A stretch of 64,000 bases of DNA, taken from NCBI RefSeq assembly GCF_963921235.1, contig NC_086098.1:2542001-2606000 (forward strand). The letters are read 5' to 3'. This document shows, piece by piece, positions 51,356 through 63,835 of the stretch. The stretch's first letter is position 1; each line of letters begins with the position of its first letter. This DNA is from Mobula hypostoma. Its lineage: Eukaryota. Under the pieces are notes generated by a model that was not told the DNA's origin, ran no database searches, and was given only the letters and a program-made list of their open reading frames with translations. The position numbers were made by a program, and so were the translations under genes.

Positions 51356-53540
51356 GTCTCAAAGTCTGTGATGAAGAGGTGCCTGTTCTAGACATTAACG
51401 AGAAGGATGCTGGCACGGAGGAAGTCGCCCCCAGCAGGGGTGGAGAGACTGCCGACAACACAAAATTCCAGCGGAACTTCTGCCCGCCAAAGCACAACGC
51501 CATCTCACGCTTACCAAAAGTCCAGATGGCCCTGCCTCGAGCCTCACAGCCTCACAGCCTCGAGGGACAGTCTGTATTCCCCAGTTCGTAGATACGGGCT
51601 GGACGCTCAACTGAGTGCCCATGTCACAGAGGAAATGGCGCGCAGAAACAGAGTCTGTAACAAACAACAAACTACTTTCCTACCGATACACATAGCAGCT
51701 AATGGGTGCCGGCCGTTCCGTTTTCCAACTCCTTGAACCGGCAGGCCCAAATCTTGTGTTGTGGAAATAGGATAAGGGACCATCATTGACCAATGGCAAT
51801 TACCTCATGTTCTGATGGCGACGAGGCGGCAAAGTTGTCCAGCCACACGGTTGCATTTGCCCTCTTAGTGATGGAAAACACCTTGTCAGCCTCTCTCGCT
51901 AGAGCCTAGAGGTCTTCGAGGGGAGAGCCAGCCAGAGCTGACTGCATGCGTGGTAGTTATTGCAGGAAAAGCTCTCTGAAGATGAAACATGGCTGATGTC
52001 CACCAAGGAGGGACAACATGTGCTCCATCAGCTCTGATGGCTTGGACTCACCTAAGCCGGGCAGTGAGAGGAGCTGACGGGCACATTCAGACTAGGAAGG
52101 TTTGAAAGTCTCCAGAAGGAGTTGCTTAACAGTCTCATACCAGTCGACTTCCGGTGGGGGTGGGGGTGCAGTAGGACAGTAATCACCCTGTTGCCATAGA
52201 GCTGTGGAACATTGCAACGATGTAGTTATATTTTGTGTTGTCTTGCAAGATTCCCTGCACTGCCTGAGTGAACCAAATAGCAGCATGTTCCTGCCAAAAT
52301 TCGGGGAGCTTGAGAGCAATGGCGTTTGCAGCCATGATTGTAAAACAAGCGAATCCACTCCGGAATCTGTAACCGGCACACCAGTCGTGAGCTGGAAAGT
52401 TCCGAGAGAGGAGGTGGCGCACAGGTCTGGGAGTGAAGTTTAAAAGGGGAAAGCTTCACGGGAACTCAGCTATAACCGGCGCACCAATCGGAAGGTTCAG
52501 GCATTAAGGGGATACACTGCCTATTGGAGCGGTCATCAACGGAGTGGTCTGAGGCAGAGTGGTAGGGCTTTGGTTCATTCGGGCTTCAGCGAGGTAGGTG
52601 GGAAAGTGGACTTTGTTTTTCCTTGCATATTTTTTTGAGGAATAGACAGCATGTCTGTACGGTTAGTACTTTGCTCTGGGTGTCAGATGTGGGAATCCTG
52701 GGATTCTTCCAGTCTCCCAGATGGCCACATCTGCCCCAGGTGCACTGAGATGCAGCTCCTCAGAGACCGTGTTAGGGATCTGGAGCTGAGGCTTGATGTC
52801 CTACTGCTTATTAGGGAAAGTGAGCAGGAGATAGATAGGAGCTACAGGGAGTTAGTCACCCTGAGATTGCTGGAGTTAGACAAGTGTGTGACTGTCAGGG
52901 AAGGGATGTGAAGAGCTCAGATAGCAGAGAGCACAGCTGTGGCCGTCCCCTTCAGTAATCATTATCTCACTTTGGGTGCTGTTGAAGGGGGTGACGACAG
53001 AGGCCGAGCACAGTGATTGGGTCTCTGGCACTGAACCTGGTTCCTTGGTGCAAAGGGGAGCAAAGAAGATAAGGAATCTGATGGTCATAGGTGATTCTCA
53101 TGACGGCAACAGAGAGGAGGTTCTGTCAGCCTGATAGAGATACCCACATGATGTGTTGCCTCCCAGGTGCCAGGGTACGGGATGTCTCCGATTGGGTGCA
53201 GAGTATTGTGAAGGGAGAGGATGAACAGCCAGAAGTTTTGGTACACGTTGACAATGACATAGGTAGAAAAAGGGAGGAGGTCCTGAAGAGAGAATTCAGG
53301 GAGTTGGGTAGGAAGCTGAAAAGCAGGACGTCCAGGGTAGTAATCTCAGGATTGCTGCCTGTGCCACGTGCTAATGAGTGCAAGAATGCCATGATCAGGC
53401 ATATTAATGTGTGGCTGACAGACTAGTGTAGGGGCAGGGCTTCGCTTTTCTGGATCATTGGGGCATCTTCTGGGGGAGATTTCACCTGTACAAAAAGGAC
53501 AGGTTCCACCTGAACTCAAAGGGATCCAATATCCTAGCAG

Positions 53541-55755
53541 CACACATAAAAGTTGCTGGTGAACGCAGCAGGCCAGGCAGCATCTCTGGGAAGAGGTACA
53601 GTCGACGTTTCAGGCCGAGACCCTTCATCAGGACTAACTGAAGGAAGAGTGAGTAAGGGATTTGAAAGTTGGAGGGGGAGGGGGAGATCCAAAATGATAG
53701 GAGAAGACAGGAGGGGGAGGGATAGAGCCAAGAGCTGGACAGGTGATAGGCAAAAGGGATACGAGAGGATCATGGGACAGGAGGTCCGGGAAGAAAGACA
53801 AGGGTGGGGGGGGGACCCAGAGGATGGGCAAGGGGTATATTCAGAGGGACAGAGGGAGAAAACGGAGAGTGAGAGAAAGAATGTGTGTATAAAAATAAGT
53901 AACACATGGGGTACGAGGGGGAGGTGGAGCATTAGCGGAAGTTAGAGAAGTTGATGTTCATGCCATCAGGTTGGAGGCTACCCAGACGGAATATAAGGTG
54001 TTGTTCCTCCAACCTGAGTGTGGCTTCATCTTTACAGTAGAGGAGGCCATGGATAGACATGTCAGAATGGGAATGGGATGTGGAATTAAAATGTGTGGCC
54101 ACTGGGAGATCCTGCTTTCTCTGGCGGACAGAGCGTAGATGTTCAGCAAAGCGGTCTCCCAGTCTGCGTCGGGTCTCGCCAATATATAAAAGGCCACATC
54201 GGGAGCACCGGACGCAGTATATCACCCCAGCCGACTCACAGGTGAAGTGTTGCCTCACCTGGAAGGACTGTTTGGGGCCCTGAATGGTGGTAAGGGAGGA
54301 AGTGTAAGGGCATGTGTAGCACTTGTTCCGCTTACACGGATAAGTGCCAGGAGGGAGATCAGTGGGGAGGGATGGGGGGACGAATGGACAAGGGAGTTGT
54401 GTAGGGAGCGATCCCTGCGGAATGCGGGGGGGGGCGGGAGGGAAAGATGTGCTTAGTGGTGGGATCCTGTTGGAGGTGGCGGAAGTTACGGAGAATAATA
54501 TGTTGGACCCGGAGGCTGGTGGGGTGGTAGGTGAAGACCAGGGGAACCCTATTCCTAGTGGGGTGGCGAGGGGATGGAGTCAGAGCAGATGTACGTGAAA
54601 TGGGGGAGATGCATTTAAGAGCGGAGTTGATAGTGGAGGAAGGGAAGCCCCTTTCTTTAAAAAAGGAAGACATCTCCCTCGTCCTAGAATGAAAAGCCTC
54701 ATCCTGAGAGCAGATGCGGCGGAGACGGAGGAATTGCGAGAAGGGGATGGCGTTTTTGCAAGAGACAGGGTGAGAAGAGGAATAGTTCAGATAGCTGTGA
54801 GAGTCAGTAGGCTTATAGTAGACATCAGTGGATAAGCTGTCTCCAGAGACAGAGACAGAAAGATCTAGAAAGGGGAGGGAGGTGTCGGAAATGGATCAGG
54901 TAAACTTGAGGGCAGGGTGAAAGTTGGAGGCAAAGTTAATAAAGTCAACGAGTTCTGCATACATGCAGGAAGCAGCGCCAATGCAGTCGTTGATGTAGCG
55001 AAGGAAAAGTGGGGGACAGATACCAGAATAGGCACGGAACATAGATTGTTCCACAAAGCCAACAAAAAGGCAGGCATAGCTAGGACCCATACGGGCGCCC
55101 ATAGCCACACGTTTAGTTTGGAGGAAGTGGGAGGAGCCAAAGGAGAAATTATTAAGAGTAAGGACTAATTCCGCTAGACGGAGCAGAGTGGTGGTAGAGG
55201 GGAACTGATTAGGTCTGGAATCCAAAAAGAAGCGTAGAGCTTTGAGACCTTCCTGATGGGGGATGGAAGTATATAGGGACTGGACATCCATGGTGAAAAT
55301 AAAGTGGTGGGGGCCAGGGAACTTAAAATCATCAAAAAGTTTAAGAGCGTGAGAAGTGTCATGAACATAGGTCGGAAGGGATTGAACAAGGGGGGATAAA
55401 ACCGTGTCGAGGTGTGCAGAAACGAGTTCGGTGGGGCAGGACCAAGCTGAGACAATAGGTCGGCCAGGACAGGCAGGTTTGTGGATCTTGGGTAGGAGGT
55501 AGAAACGGGAAGTGCGGGGTGTGGGAACTATAAGGTTGGTTGCAGTGGATGGTAGATCCCCTGAGCGGATAAAGTCGGTGATGGTGTGGGAGACAATGGC
55601 CTGGTGCTCCTTAGTGGGGTCACGATCGAGGAGTAAATAAGAGGAGGTATCCGCGAGTTGTCGCTGTGCCTCGGCAAGGTAGAGGTCAGTATGCCAGACT
55701 ACAACAGCACCCCCCTTATCGGCGGGTTTAATAATAAGGTTAATAAGGTTGTTTG
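53541..55755 (-). mobile_element. Neptune-type Penelope-like element, 5'-truncated: RT, Cys-rich linker, GIY-YIG and terminal repeat
   Basis: Motifs FYLLPKIHK..GRPIVS, MDVQSLYTSIPH, AMGARMGPSYA, LRYINDC, SQFLRLRRICS, CKRNKCYTC and VIYCVRCSRCGLLYIGET..RFAEH. Perfect 14-bp TSD caatatcctagcag (53527-53540, 55756-55769). Confidence 0.95.
53600..53635 (-). ncRNA. Minimal type I hammerhead ribozyme in the Penelope terminal repeat
   Basis: Minus strand reads AGTC-CTGATGA-A-GGGTCTCGGCCT-GAAA-CGTC-GACT: stem I AGTC/GACT, core boxes CUGAUGA and GAAA, stem II hairpin, palindromic ACGT stem III and a GUC cleavage triplet. Confidence 0.8.
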
Positions 55756-58416
55756 CAATATCCTAGCAGGCAAGTTTAATAGAGCTGTTAAGGAGGGTTT
55801 AAACTAATTTGGCAGGGGATTGGGAACTGGAGTGATAGGGCTGAGGAAGGGGAAAACAGAAATAAACCAAAGATAGCCAGGCAGGAAATGAGGCATAATC
55901 ACTGCCAGTGGGATGAGTTACAGGGCAATAGAGGCGTGGTGCAGTTAAAACAGAAAGTAACAAATACTGGACTGAAAGTGTTATATTTGAATGTACACAG
56001 CATAAGAAATAAAATGGATGATCTTGAAATTCAGCTACAGGTTGGCAAGTATGACATTGTGGCTATCTCTGAAACTTGGCTGAAGGTTGGCTGCCATTGG
56101 GAGCTGAATGTCCAAGGATAGACGGTGTATTAGAAAGATAGGTTAGTAGGCAGAGGGGCTGGTGTGGCCCTGTGTAAAAGAACTAATATTAAATCATTAG
56201 AAAGAGACGACATAGGATCTGAAAGTGTAGAGTCTCTATGCGTTGAGATAAGAAATGGTAAGGGTAAAAGGACCCTAATGGCAGTTGTATACAGGCCTCC
56301 AAACAGCAGCCGGGATACGGACTACAAATTACAGCAGGAGATAGAAAAGGCATGTCAGAAGGGCAATGTCATGATAATCATTGGGGATTTTAACATGAAA
56401 GTGGATTGGGAAAACCAGGCCAGTACTGGACCTCAAGAGAGGGAATTTGTAGAATGTTTAAGAGATGGCTTTTTAGAACAGCTTGTTGTTGAGCCCACTA
56501 AGGATCGGCTGTGCTGGATTAGGTGTTGTGCAATGATCCAGAGGTAATAAGAGAGCTTAAGGTTAAGGAACACTGAGGGAACAGTGATCACAATATGATC
56601 GGGTTCACTTTGAAATTTGAGAAGGAGAAACTAAATTCTAACGTTTCGGTATTTCAGTGGAATGAAGGAAATTACAATGGCGTGAGAGGGGAGCTGGTCA
56701 AGGTTGACTGAAAAGGGACACTAGCAGGAAGAACAGCAGAGCAGAAATTGCTGGAATTTCTGTGAAGAATGAGGGAAGTGCAAGACAGATATAGTCCAAA
56801 TAAGAAGAAATTTTCAAATGGAGGAAGGACACTACTGTGGCTGACAAGTGAAGTCAGAACCAAAGTAAAAGCAAAAGAGAGGGCATATAATGAAGCCGGA
56901 GCTAGTGGGAAGATAGAGGATTGGGAAACTTTTAAAAACTTGCAAAAGGAAATTGAAAAATTGCAAATATTACTCCACTATTTAAGAGGGGTGGGAGGCA
57001 GCAGAAAGGAAATTATAGACCTGTTAGCCTGACATCAGTGGATGGGAAGATGTTGGAATTGATAGTTAGGGATGAGATTACAGAATACCTGGAGGCACAT
57101 GACAAGAAAGGCCAAAGCCAGCATGGTTTCCTGAAAGGAAAATCCTACCTGACTGATCTTTTGCAAATTTTTGAGGAAATTACAAGCAGGGTAGACAAAG
57201 GAGATGTAGTAGATGTGGTGCACTTGGATTTTCAGAAGGTCTTTGACAAGGTGCTGCACATGAGGCTGCTTAGCAAGATAAGAGCCCATGGAATTACTGG
57301 GAAGTTACCAGCATGGGTGAAGCATTGGCTGATCGGCAGAAAACAGAAAGTGGGAATAAAGGGATCCTGTTCTGGCTGGCTGCCGGTTACTAGTGGATTT
57401 CTCGGGTTTGTGTTGGGACCGCTGCTTTTTGCAATGTAGGTCAATGATTTGGACTATAGAATTAGTGGATTTGTGGCTAAATTTTCCAATGATACAAAGA
57501 TAGGTGGAGGAGCGGGTAGTGTTGAGGAAACAGAGAGCCTGCAGAGAGACTTAGATTGTTTAGGGAAATGGGCAAAGAAGTTGCAAATGAAATACAATGT
57601 TGAAAAATGTATGGTCATGCACTTTGGTGGAGGCAGTAAGTGGGCAGACAATTATTTAGATGGAGAGAGAATTCAAAATGCAGAGATGCAAAGGGACTTG
57701 GGAGCCCTTGTGCAGGATACCCTAAAGGTTAACCTCCAGGTTGAGTCAGTGAAGAAGGTGAATGCAATGTTGGCATTCATTTCTAGAGGTATAGAATATA
57801 AGAGCATTAATGTGATGTTGAGGCTCTATAAGGCACTTGTGAGGCCACAGTTAGAGTATTGCGTGAAGTTTTGGGCTCTTTATTCACTCTGACATTGGAG
57901 AGGGTTCAGAGAAGATTCACAAGAATGATTCTAGGAATGAAAGGGTTACCGTATGAGGAATGTCTGACATCTCTTGGGCTGTATTCCCTGGAGTTCAGGA
58001 GAATGAGGGGGGAATCTCATAGAAACAGTCCAAACGTTAAAAAGCCTGAACAGATTAGATATGGTAAAGTTATTGCCCATGGTAGGTGTGCCTTGGACAA
58101 AAAGGCACGACTTCAGGATTGAAAGTTATCAATTTAGAACAGAGATGTGGAGAAATTACTTTAGTCAGAGGGTGGTAAATCTGTGGAATTTGTTGCCATG
58201 AGTGGCTGTGGAGGCCAAGTCATTGGGTGCATTTAAGGTAGAGATAGATAGGTTCTTGATTAGTTAGAGCATCAAAGGATATGGGGAGAAGGCAGGGCAG
58301 TGGGGATGACTGGAAGAATTGGATTAACCCATGACTGAATGGTGGAGCAGACACAATGGGCTGAATGGCCTACTTCTGCTCCTATATCTTATGGTCTTAT
58401 AATCGTTTGGAGGATA

Positions 58417-58429
58417 GTCGGGGTCACCA
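58417..58429 (-). promoter_or_regulatory. Primer-binding site, tRNA-Trp type
   Basis: TGGTGACCCCGAC lies one base inside the 5' LTR and is complementary to the vertebrate tRNA-Trp 3' end (GUCGGGGUCACCA). Confidence 0.85.
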
Positions 58430-58430
58430 A

Positions 58431-58618
58431 TGTAGGAGTGCCGACAAAAATCAACATGAGTGTAATTACTTCCAGTGCACACTTTATTCCCTTGCAAGCA
58501 AATGGCGGCATCGCGTGTATGTATTAAAAAAAACCCAGTCCAAACTGTAATAATGTACAACGTAACACAGAGGGTGAACTTAACCCTTAACAGTCTGGGT
58601 GGATAATTGTGAACAACA
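58431..58618 (-). repeat. Gypsy 5' LTR, outer end uncertain
   Basis: Shares tgtagg.gtgc.gacaaaaat..gagtgtaattacttc..cacactttat..ccaaactgtaataatgtacaac..taaccctt with the 3' LTR; AATAAA on minus. Confidence 0.8.
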
Positions 58619-59877
58619 TGTTATGAAGAGTCCTTGAAAATAACTGCATAGGTTGTGGGACAAGTTCAGTGATGGGGCAAGTGAAGTTGAGTGAAGTTAT
58701 CCCCACTGATTCGGGAGCCTGATGGTTGAAGGGTTAAAAATCTGTTCCTGAACCTGGTACTGTGGAACCAGAGCCCCCGTAGCTTCTTCCTGAAGGCAGC
58801 AGTGAGAGGAAATTCTGATGAGGAATCCAGAAGCAGTAGACACCTGCTTTCAATTTTGGAACTTTTATGAGCACTCAAAACTGTTAAAATGACAAATAGC
58901 TACCTGGGAAATAGTCAATAGATATGCAAAAAGTTGCAATTGTTGAGTTTAATATTCTGAAGGATAATGGAAGCTGCCTTCTGTGTATTTAAATGAGATA
59001 ATCCTTTCAATGTTTGAACCTTTGAACAGGCAGACTGCTTGGAGTTAAGTACCATCTTTGCCCAGGCTGTACCTTGCACACTCTTACTCACCGGGAACTA
59101 TTGCCTCGTCTGATTTTTAGTTAGTTTGTATGAGAATCTATGTTGTTTGATTTCAGAATGAAATTGAAGTGCAGCAAGTTTCTAAAATACCGTATTTAAT
59201 GAAAGAAAACCAATCTTTATCATTCAAAGGTTTTCAAGAAGAAAGCTGTAATTGCTAATCCCAGATACCTTCAGTTGGATAAGCTGGATGGATTTTCTCA
59301 TTCAGCCCAAGCTTAGTTCCTATCACTCGCATACATCTCTGTGCCAGCTCCTGTATACGTACAGTTCAATCCCACCTGCTAGTAAGCACCTCACATTTGT
59401 CAAAGTGCTATCTCCTGTACGTGTGATATGATGAGGGTGAGTCGCGAGCCCACCGTAGCAGATGAACCCATACATTTATGATGAGAGAACTAAGGATCTC
59501 TGGACTATTTACCTCACCAGCACACTGAGCCTTTACCAGTTCTATATTGCACCATATATCATCTTGTGACTGTGCTTACATTGAAAATTCACAGCTAGAT
59601 TTCTGCCTTTGCTGCTGTTTGTTCAGGCATGCTTTGTGAAATGATCCCCTAGAGCCAGAAATGATCACAAATTCATCTTGCAATATTGATCTCAAAAATA
59701 CATTCAAGATGACCTGAAGCCATGACAGGATGATGGTGACACATACCAGTGCCCAGGCACTTTACACCACAAGTTTCAGGATATGCGTACAAGCCAACAA
59801 TTCCCCACACAGTGGGATTTCAGTCTCACAGTGCAGAGAGTGAGAGCAAAAATGATAGAGGAAGAGAAGAACAGAAC

Positions 59878-61000
59878 TGAATTTGAATAGAATCGATTTC
59901 ATTTCTTACATCCTTCAAATACATGAGGAGTAAAAATCTTTACATTACATCCCCGTCTAAATGTGCAACGTGCAATCATAGTAATATATAATAATTTATA
60001 ACAAATAGTACAGTCAGTGTAACATAGAAATACACTCAAATCAGCATGAGTTAATCAGTCTGATGGCCTGGTGGAAGAAGCTGTCCTGGAGCCTGTTGGT
60101 CCTGGCTGTTATGCTGCGGTACCATTTCCCGGATGGTAGCAGCTGGAACAGTTTGTGGTTGGGGTGACTCAGGTCCCCAGTGATCCTTTGGGCCCCTTTC
60201 TCACACCTGTCTTTGTAAATGTCCTGAATCATGGGAAGTTCACAACTACAGATGCTGTCCGCTCCGCTCTCTGCAGAGTCCTGCGATTAAGGGAGGTACA
60301 GTTCCCATACCAGGCAGTGATGCAGCCTGACAGGATGCTCTCAATTGTGCCACAGTAGAAAGTTTTTAGGATTTTGGGACCCATGCCAAACTTCCTCAAC
60401 TGTCTGAGGTTAAAGAGGCACTGTTGTGCCATTTTCACCACACAGCTGGTGTGTACAGACCACATGAGGTCCTCGGTGATGTGGATGCCAAGGAACTTAA
60501 AGCTGTTTATTGTCTCAACGCCAGATCCATTGATGAAAATAAGGGTTAGCCCATCTCCATTCCTCCTGTAATCTACAACCAGCTCCTTTGTTTTTGCGAC
60601 ATTGAAGGAGAGGTTATTTCCTTGACACCTCTGTGTCAGAGAGATGACTTCTTCCCTGCCGACAACTTGTTATTGTTTGAGATTAGGTCAATCAATGTAG
60701 TGTCGTTGGCAAATTTAATTAGCAAATTAGAGCTGTGGGTGGCGATGCAGTCGTGGGTATACAGTGAGTAAAGGAGGGGACTTAGTATACAGCCCTGAGG
60801 GGCTCCTGTGTTGAGCATCAGGGGGTAGAGGTGAGGGACCCCACTCTTACCACCTGCCGGTGATGTGACAGGAAGTCCAGGTTTCAGCTACACGAGGCAG
60901 GAAGAAGGCCAAGGTCGCTGAGCTTCCTGTCGAGCCTGGATGGAATTATGATGACCAAGAACAGCATTTTCACATAAGCAGCCTTCTTCTCCAGATGTGA
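59878..61000 (-). mobile_element. Rex1/Babar-type LINE RT and 3' end
   Basis: ORFs 60636..60818 (LNTGAPQGCILSPLLYSLYTHDC..KFANDTT), 60229..60465 and 60041..60232 (DLSHPNHKLFQLLPSG..SFFHQAIRLIN). Confidence 0.9.
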
Positions 61001-61139
61001 AAATGTTTCAGGAACAGTTATTACCCGACAACTATAAGGCTCCTATAGACAAACCAGGTATGACTCGCAGGGGGTTATTTCAAGAGCAAAGAAACAATTC
61101 CAAGTGAAGTTTGAGGTGACATTGGATGCATGTCAACTC

Positions 61140-61855
61140 TGGTATCCATTATTAAGGACACGCATTACCCAGGACATGCTCTCTTCTCATTGTTACCATC
61201 AGGAAGGAGATACAGAAGTCTGAAAACACACACTCAGCGATTCAGGAACAGCTTCTTCCCCTCTGCCATTTGATTTCTAAATCGACAATGAACCCATGAA
61301 CACTACCTCATTTTTTAAATTACTTCTGTTTTTGCACTATTTTTAACTTAATTATTTAATATACAAATATGTACTTACTGTAATTGATTTACTTATTTTT
61401 TTCCTATATTATCATGTATTGCATTGTACTGCTGCTGCTAAGTTAACAAATTTCACGACATATGGCAGTGATATTAAACCTGATTCTGATTCTGATAGTG
61501 GAGGGTATCCTGACTGGTTTTCTCCTGGCCTGGTATGGAAACACCAATGCCTGGGAATGGAAAAGTCTACAAAGTATAGTGGATACAGCCCAGTCCATCA
61601 CATTTGAAGCTCTCCCAACACATCTACAAGGACCGCTGTTGCAGGAAAGCAGCATCCATCATTAAGGACCCCCCCCCCCACACCCAGGAGATGCTCTCTT
61701 CTCACTGCTGCTGTCAGGAAAATTGTACAGCAGCCTCAGGCCCCACACCAACAGGTTCAGGAACAGTTATTATCCCTTAACCATCAGGCTCCTGTACCAG
61801 CATTGGTAACGTCACTCACTTGAACTCTGAACTGACTCCACAACCTACAGACTCT
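61140..61855 (+). mobile_element. Rex/Babar-like 3' fragments
   Basis: Same 3' block as 545-750; ORF 61462..61665 has VEGILTGFLLAWYGN; (tgattc)n tail near 61480. Confidence 0.7.
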
Positions 61856-62169
61856 GTGGGAATGAATTACATAGATCCACTACTCTTTGGCTAAAGAGAT
61901 TCCTCCTCATCGCTGTTCTATAGGGACATCTTTGTATTCAGAGATTGTGCCTAGACTCTCCCACTATTGGAAACATTCTGTCCATGTCCAGTCTATCTAA
62001 GCCTTTCAATATTCAATGAGTTCCCTTTTCATTCTTCTAAACTCCGGTGAGTACAGACCAGAGTCATCAAATTCTCTTCATATGTTGCCCAAACAATGAA
62101 GAACAAGTCCTGACTGCTTCACACAAGCTCAAGCAGAGGTTTTAATATTAACTCCGTCTTGCCTCTTTT

Positions 62170-62570
62170 CAGACAATAGACAATAGGTACAGGAGTAGGC
62201 CAGTCAGCCCTTTAAGCCAGCACCACCATTCACTGTGATCATAGTTTATCATCCACGATCAGTACCCTTTTCCTGCCTTCTCCCCATATCCCTTCACTCT
62301 GCTATCTTTAAGAACTCTATCTAACTCTTTCTTGAAAGAATCCAGAGAATTGGCCTCCACTGCCTTCTGAGGCAGAGCATTCCACAGAACCACAACCCTC
62401 TGTGTGAAAAAAGTTTTTCCTCAACTCTGTTCTAAATTGTCTACCCCTTATTCTTAAACTGTGGCCGCTGGTTCTGGACTCCCCCAACATCGGGAGCATG
62501 TTTCCTGCCTCTAGCGTGTCCAATCCCTTAATAATCTTATCTGTTTCAATCAGATCCTCTCTCATCCTTC
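62170..62570 (-). mobile_element. CR1 3' end
   Basis: ORF 62317..62583 has RMREDLIETDKIIKGLD..GESRTSGHSLRIRG; agacaat repeats on plus. Confidence 0.85.
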
Positions 62571-63129
62571 CTTTCAGGGACAATATAATGATAGGTGACT
62601 GAGGCAGAGATAAGAATGAGGAATGAAAATGCCAGATCTAAAACTAATGTAAAACCAACTTATGAAATAAGATTTTATATTCACAATGGCAGGTTCTTTG
62701 CATATCATTAAGTCAGTAATTCAGGCTCAGGCGCATGTGCTGAATGTATACATGGAGGAAATCTGTTCAAGAGGGAGCTACACTACCTCCACTGTGCCAC
62801 AGAAAGCAAGCAGCAGTTGTGAAAGAAGATTCTGAGCAACCAAAAGACTCAACCATTAATCACAGCCCCCACTTCCTCGTGCTCACAACGCACCAGAATA
62901 TGTGGATCCTGGATTGGCCACAACCACCTGAAGACATGCCAATGGACAGCCCCTTCGGAGAACTTCATACTCAACTTGAGTATGGATGTAATGGACTTGG
63001 AGTTCAGGAGCAGAGCAGCAAACACAGACCTGTCATCAGAGCATGACCCTAATGTGCTTTCCTCTCTGTTAATCTGCTTTGTTCAATGATATTGTAATGT
63101 TATTTGTATTTTGCTATTTTTAGAAATAC

Positions 63130-63835
63130 AGCACAGTAGCAATATCTATGTCAGGCTGCTATTTATTGACTACAACACCATCATACCCTCATACAAATCA
63201 AAGCTCCAAAACCTGGGCTCTTTCCTTTTCTCTGCAACTGGATCCCTGACTTTCACACTGGGAGACCACAGACTGCGTGTATCGAAAATAACGTCTTCTC
63301 CTCGCTGACAGTCAACACAGGTGCACCCCAAGAATGCGTGCTTAGCCTGCTGCTGTACATCCACGATTGTGTGACCAGGCACAGCTCAAACACCATCTAT
63401 AAACCTGCTGATGACACAACTATTTCATTCGGAGATTGGGAGATTTGGCACGTCACCAAAGACACTCGCAGATTTCTACGGATGTACCATGGAGAGCTTT
63501 TTAACTGGCTGCATTGCCATCTGGTATGGGGGTGGGGGCATTGCACAGGTTCAATCTAAGCTGCAGAGGAGTTGTAAACTCAGTCAGCTCCATCATGGAA
63601 GCTAGCCTGCAGAGTATCCAGGACATCTTCAAGGAGAGATGCCTCATCCATCATTATGGATCGCCATCACCCAGGACAAGCCCTGTTCTCATTGCTACCA
63701 TCGAGGAGAAGTTACAGGAGATGAAGGCACACACTCCATGATCCAAGAACTGCTTCTTCCCCTCTGTCATTAGATTTCTGAATGAACATGGAACCCAAGA
63801 ACACTAACTCAGTATTTTTCCTCTCTTTTTGTACT
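63130..63835 (+). mobile_element. Degenerate Rex/Babar RT fragment
   Basis: YVRLLFIDY, acaggtgcaccccaag, HDCVTRHSSNTIYKPADDTT, ESFLTGCIAIWYG. Confidence 0.8.

Larger units (their letters stand above)
52491..58400 (+). mobile_element. Near full-length degenerate CR1: ORF1 (Zn finger, coiled coil, SGNH esterase) and ORF2 (APE endonuclease, RT)
   Basis: 52651..52911 has CSGC..HICPRC..LRDRVRDLELRL. 53091..53426 has CLPGARVRDV..VLVHVDNDIG..VVISGLLPVP. 55888..56547 has LYLNVHSI, SETWL, YRPP and GDFN. RT spans 57038..58122. Tail tcttatggtcttat. Internal deletion near 56955. Confidence 0.9.
48073..58618 (-). mobile_element. Degenerate Ty3/Gypsy LTR retrotransposon (gag, protease, RT, RNase H, integrase) with nested LINEs
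   Basis: gag LKLPEFWQEHAAIWF (near 52300), protease FLCDMGTQLSV (ORF 51395..51670), RT FVYLDDILVAS (50104..50424), GMVNFY (49874..50116), HVAGKRNLVADSIS and integrase H..H zinc-finger remnants (49200-49700). Two LTRs, a PBS and a PPT are present. Confidence 0.9.

Noticed and set aside
54896..54898. In-frame TGA in the Penelope RT as possible selenocysteine recoding, as in Naiad elements
   Set aside because: The context KFT*SIS fits a TGG (Trp) to TGA mutation rather than a Cys position. I identified no SECIS, and the copy has other lesions.
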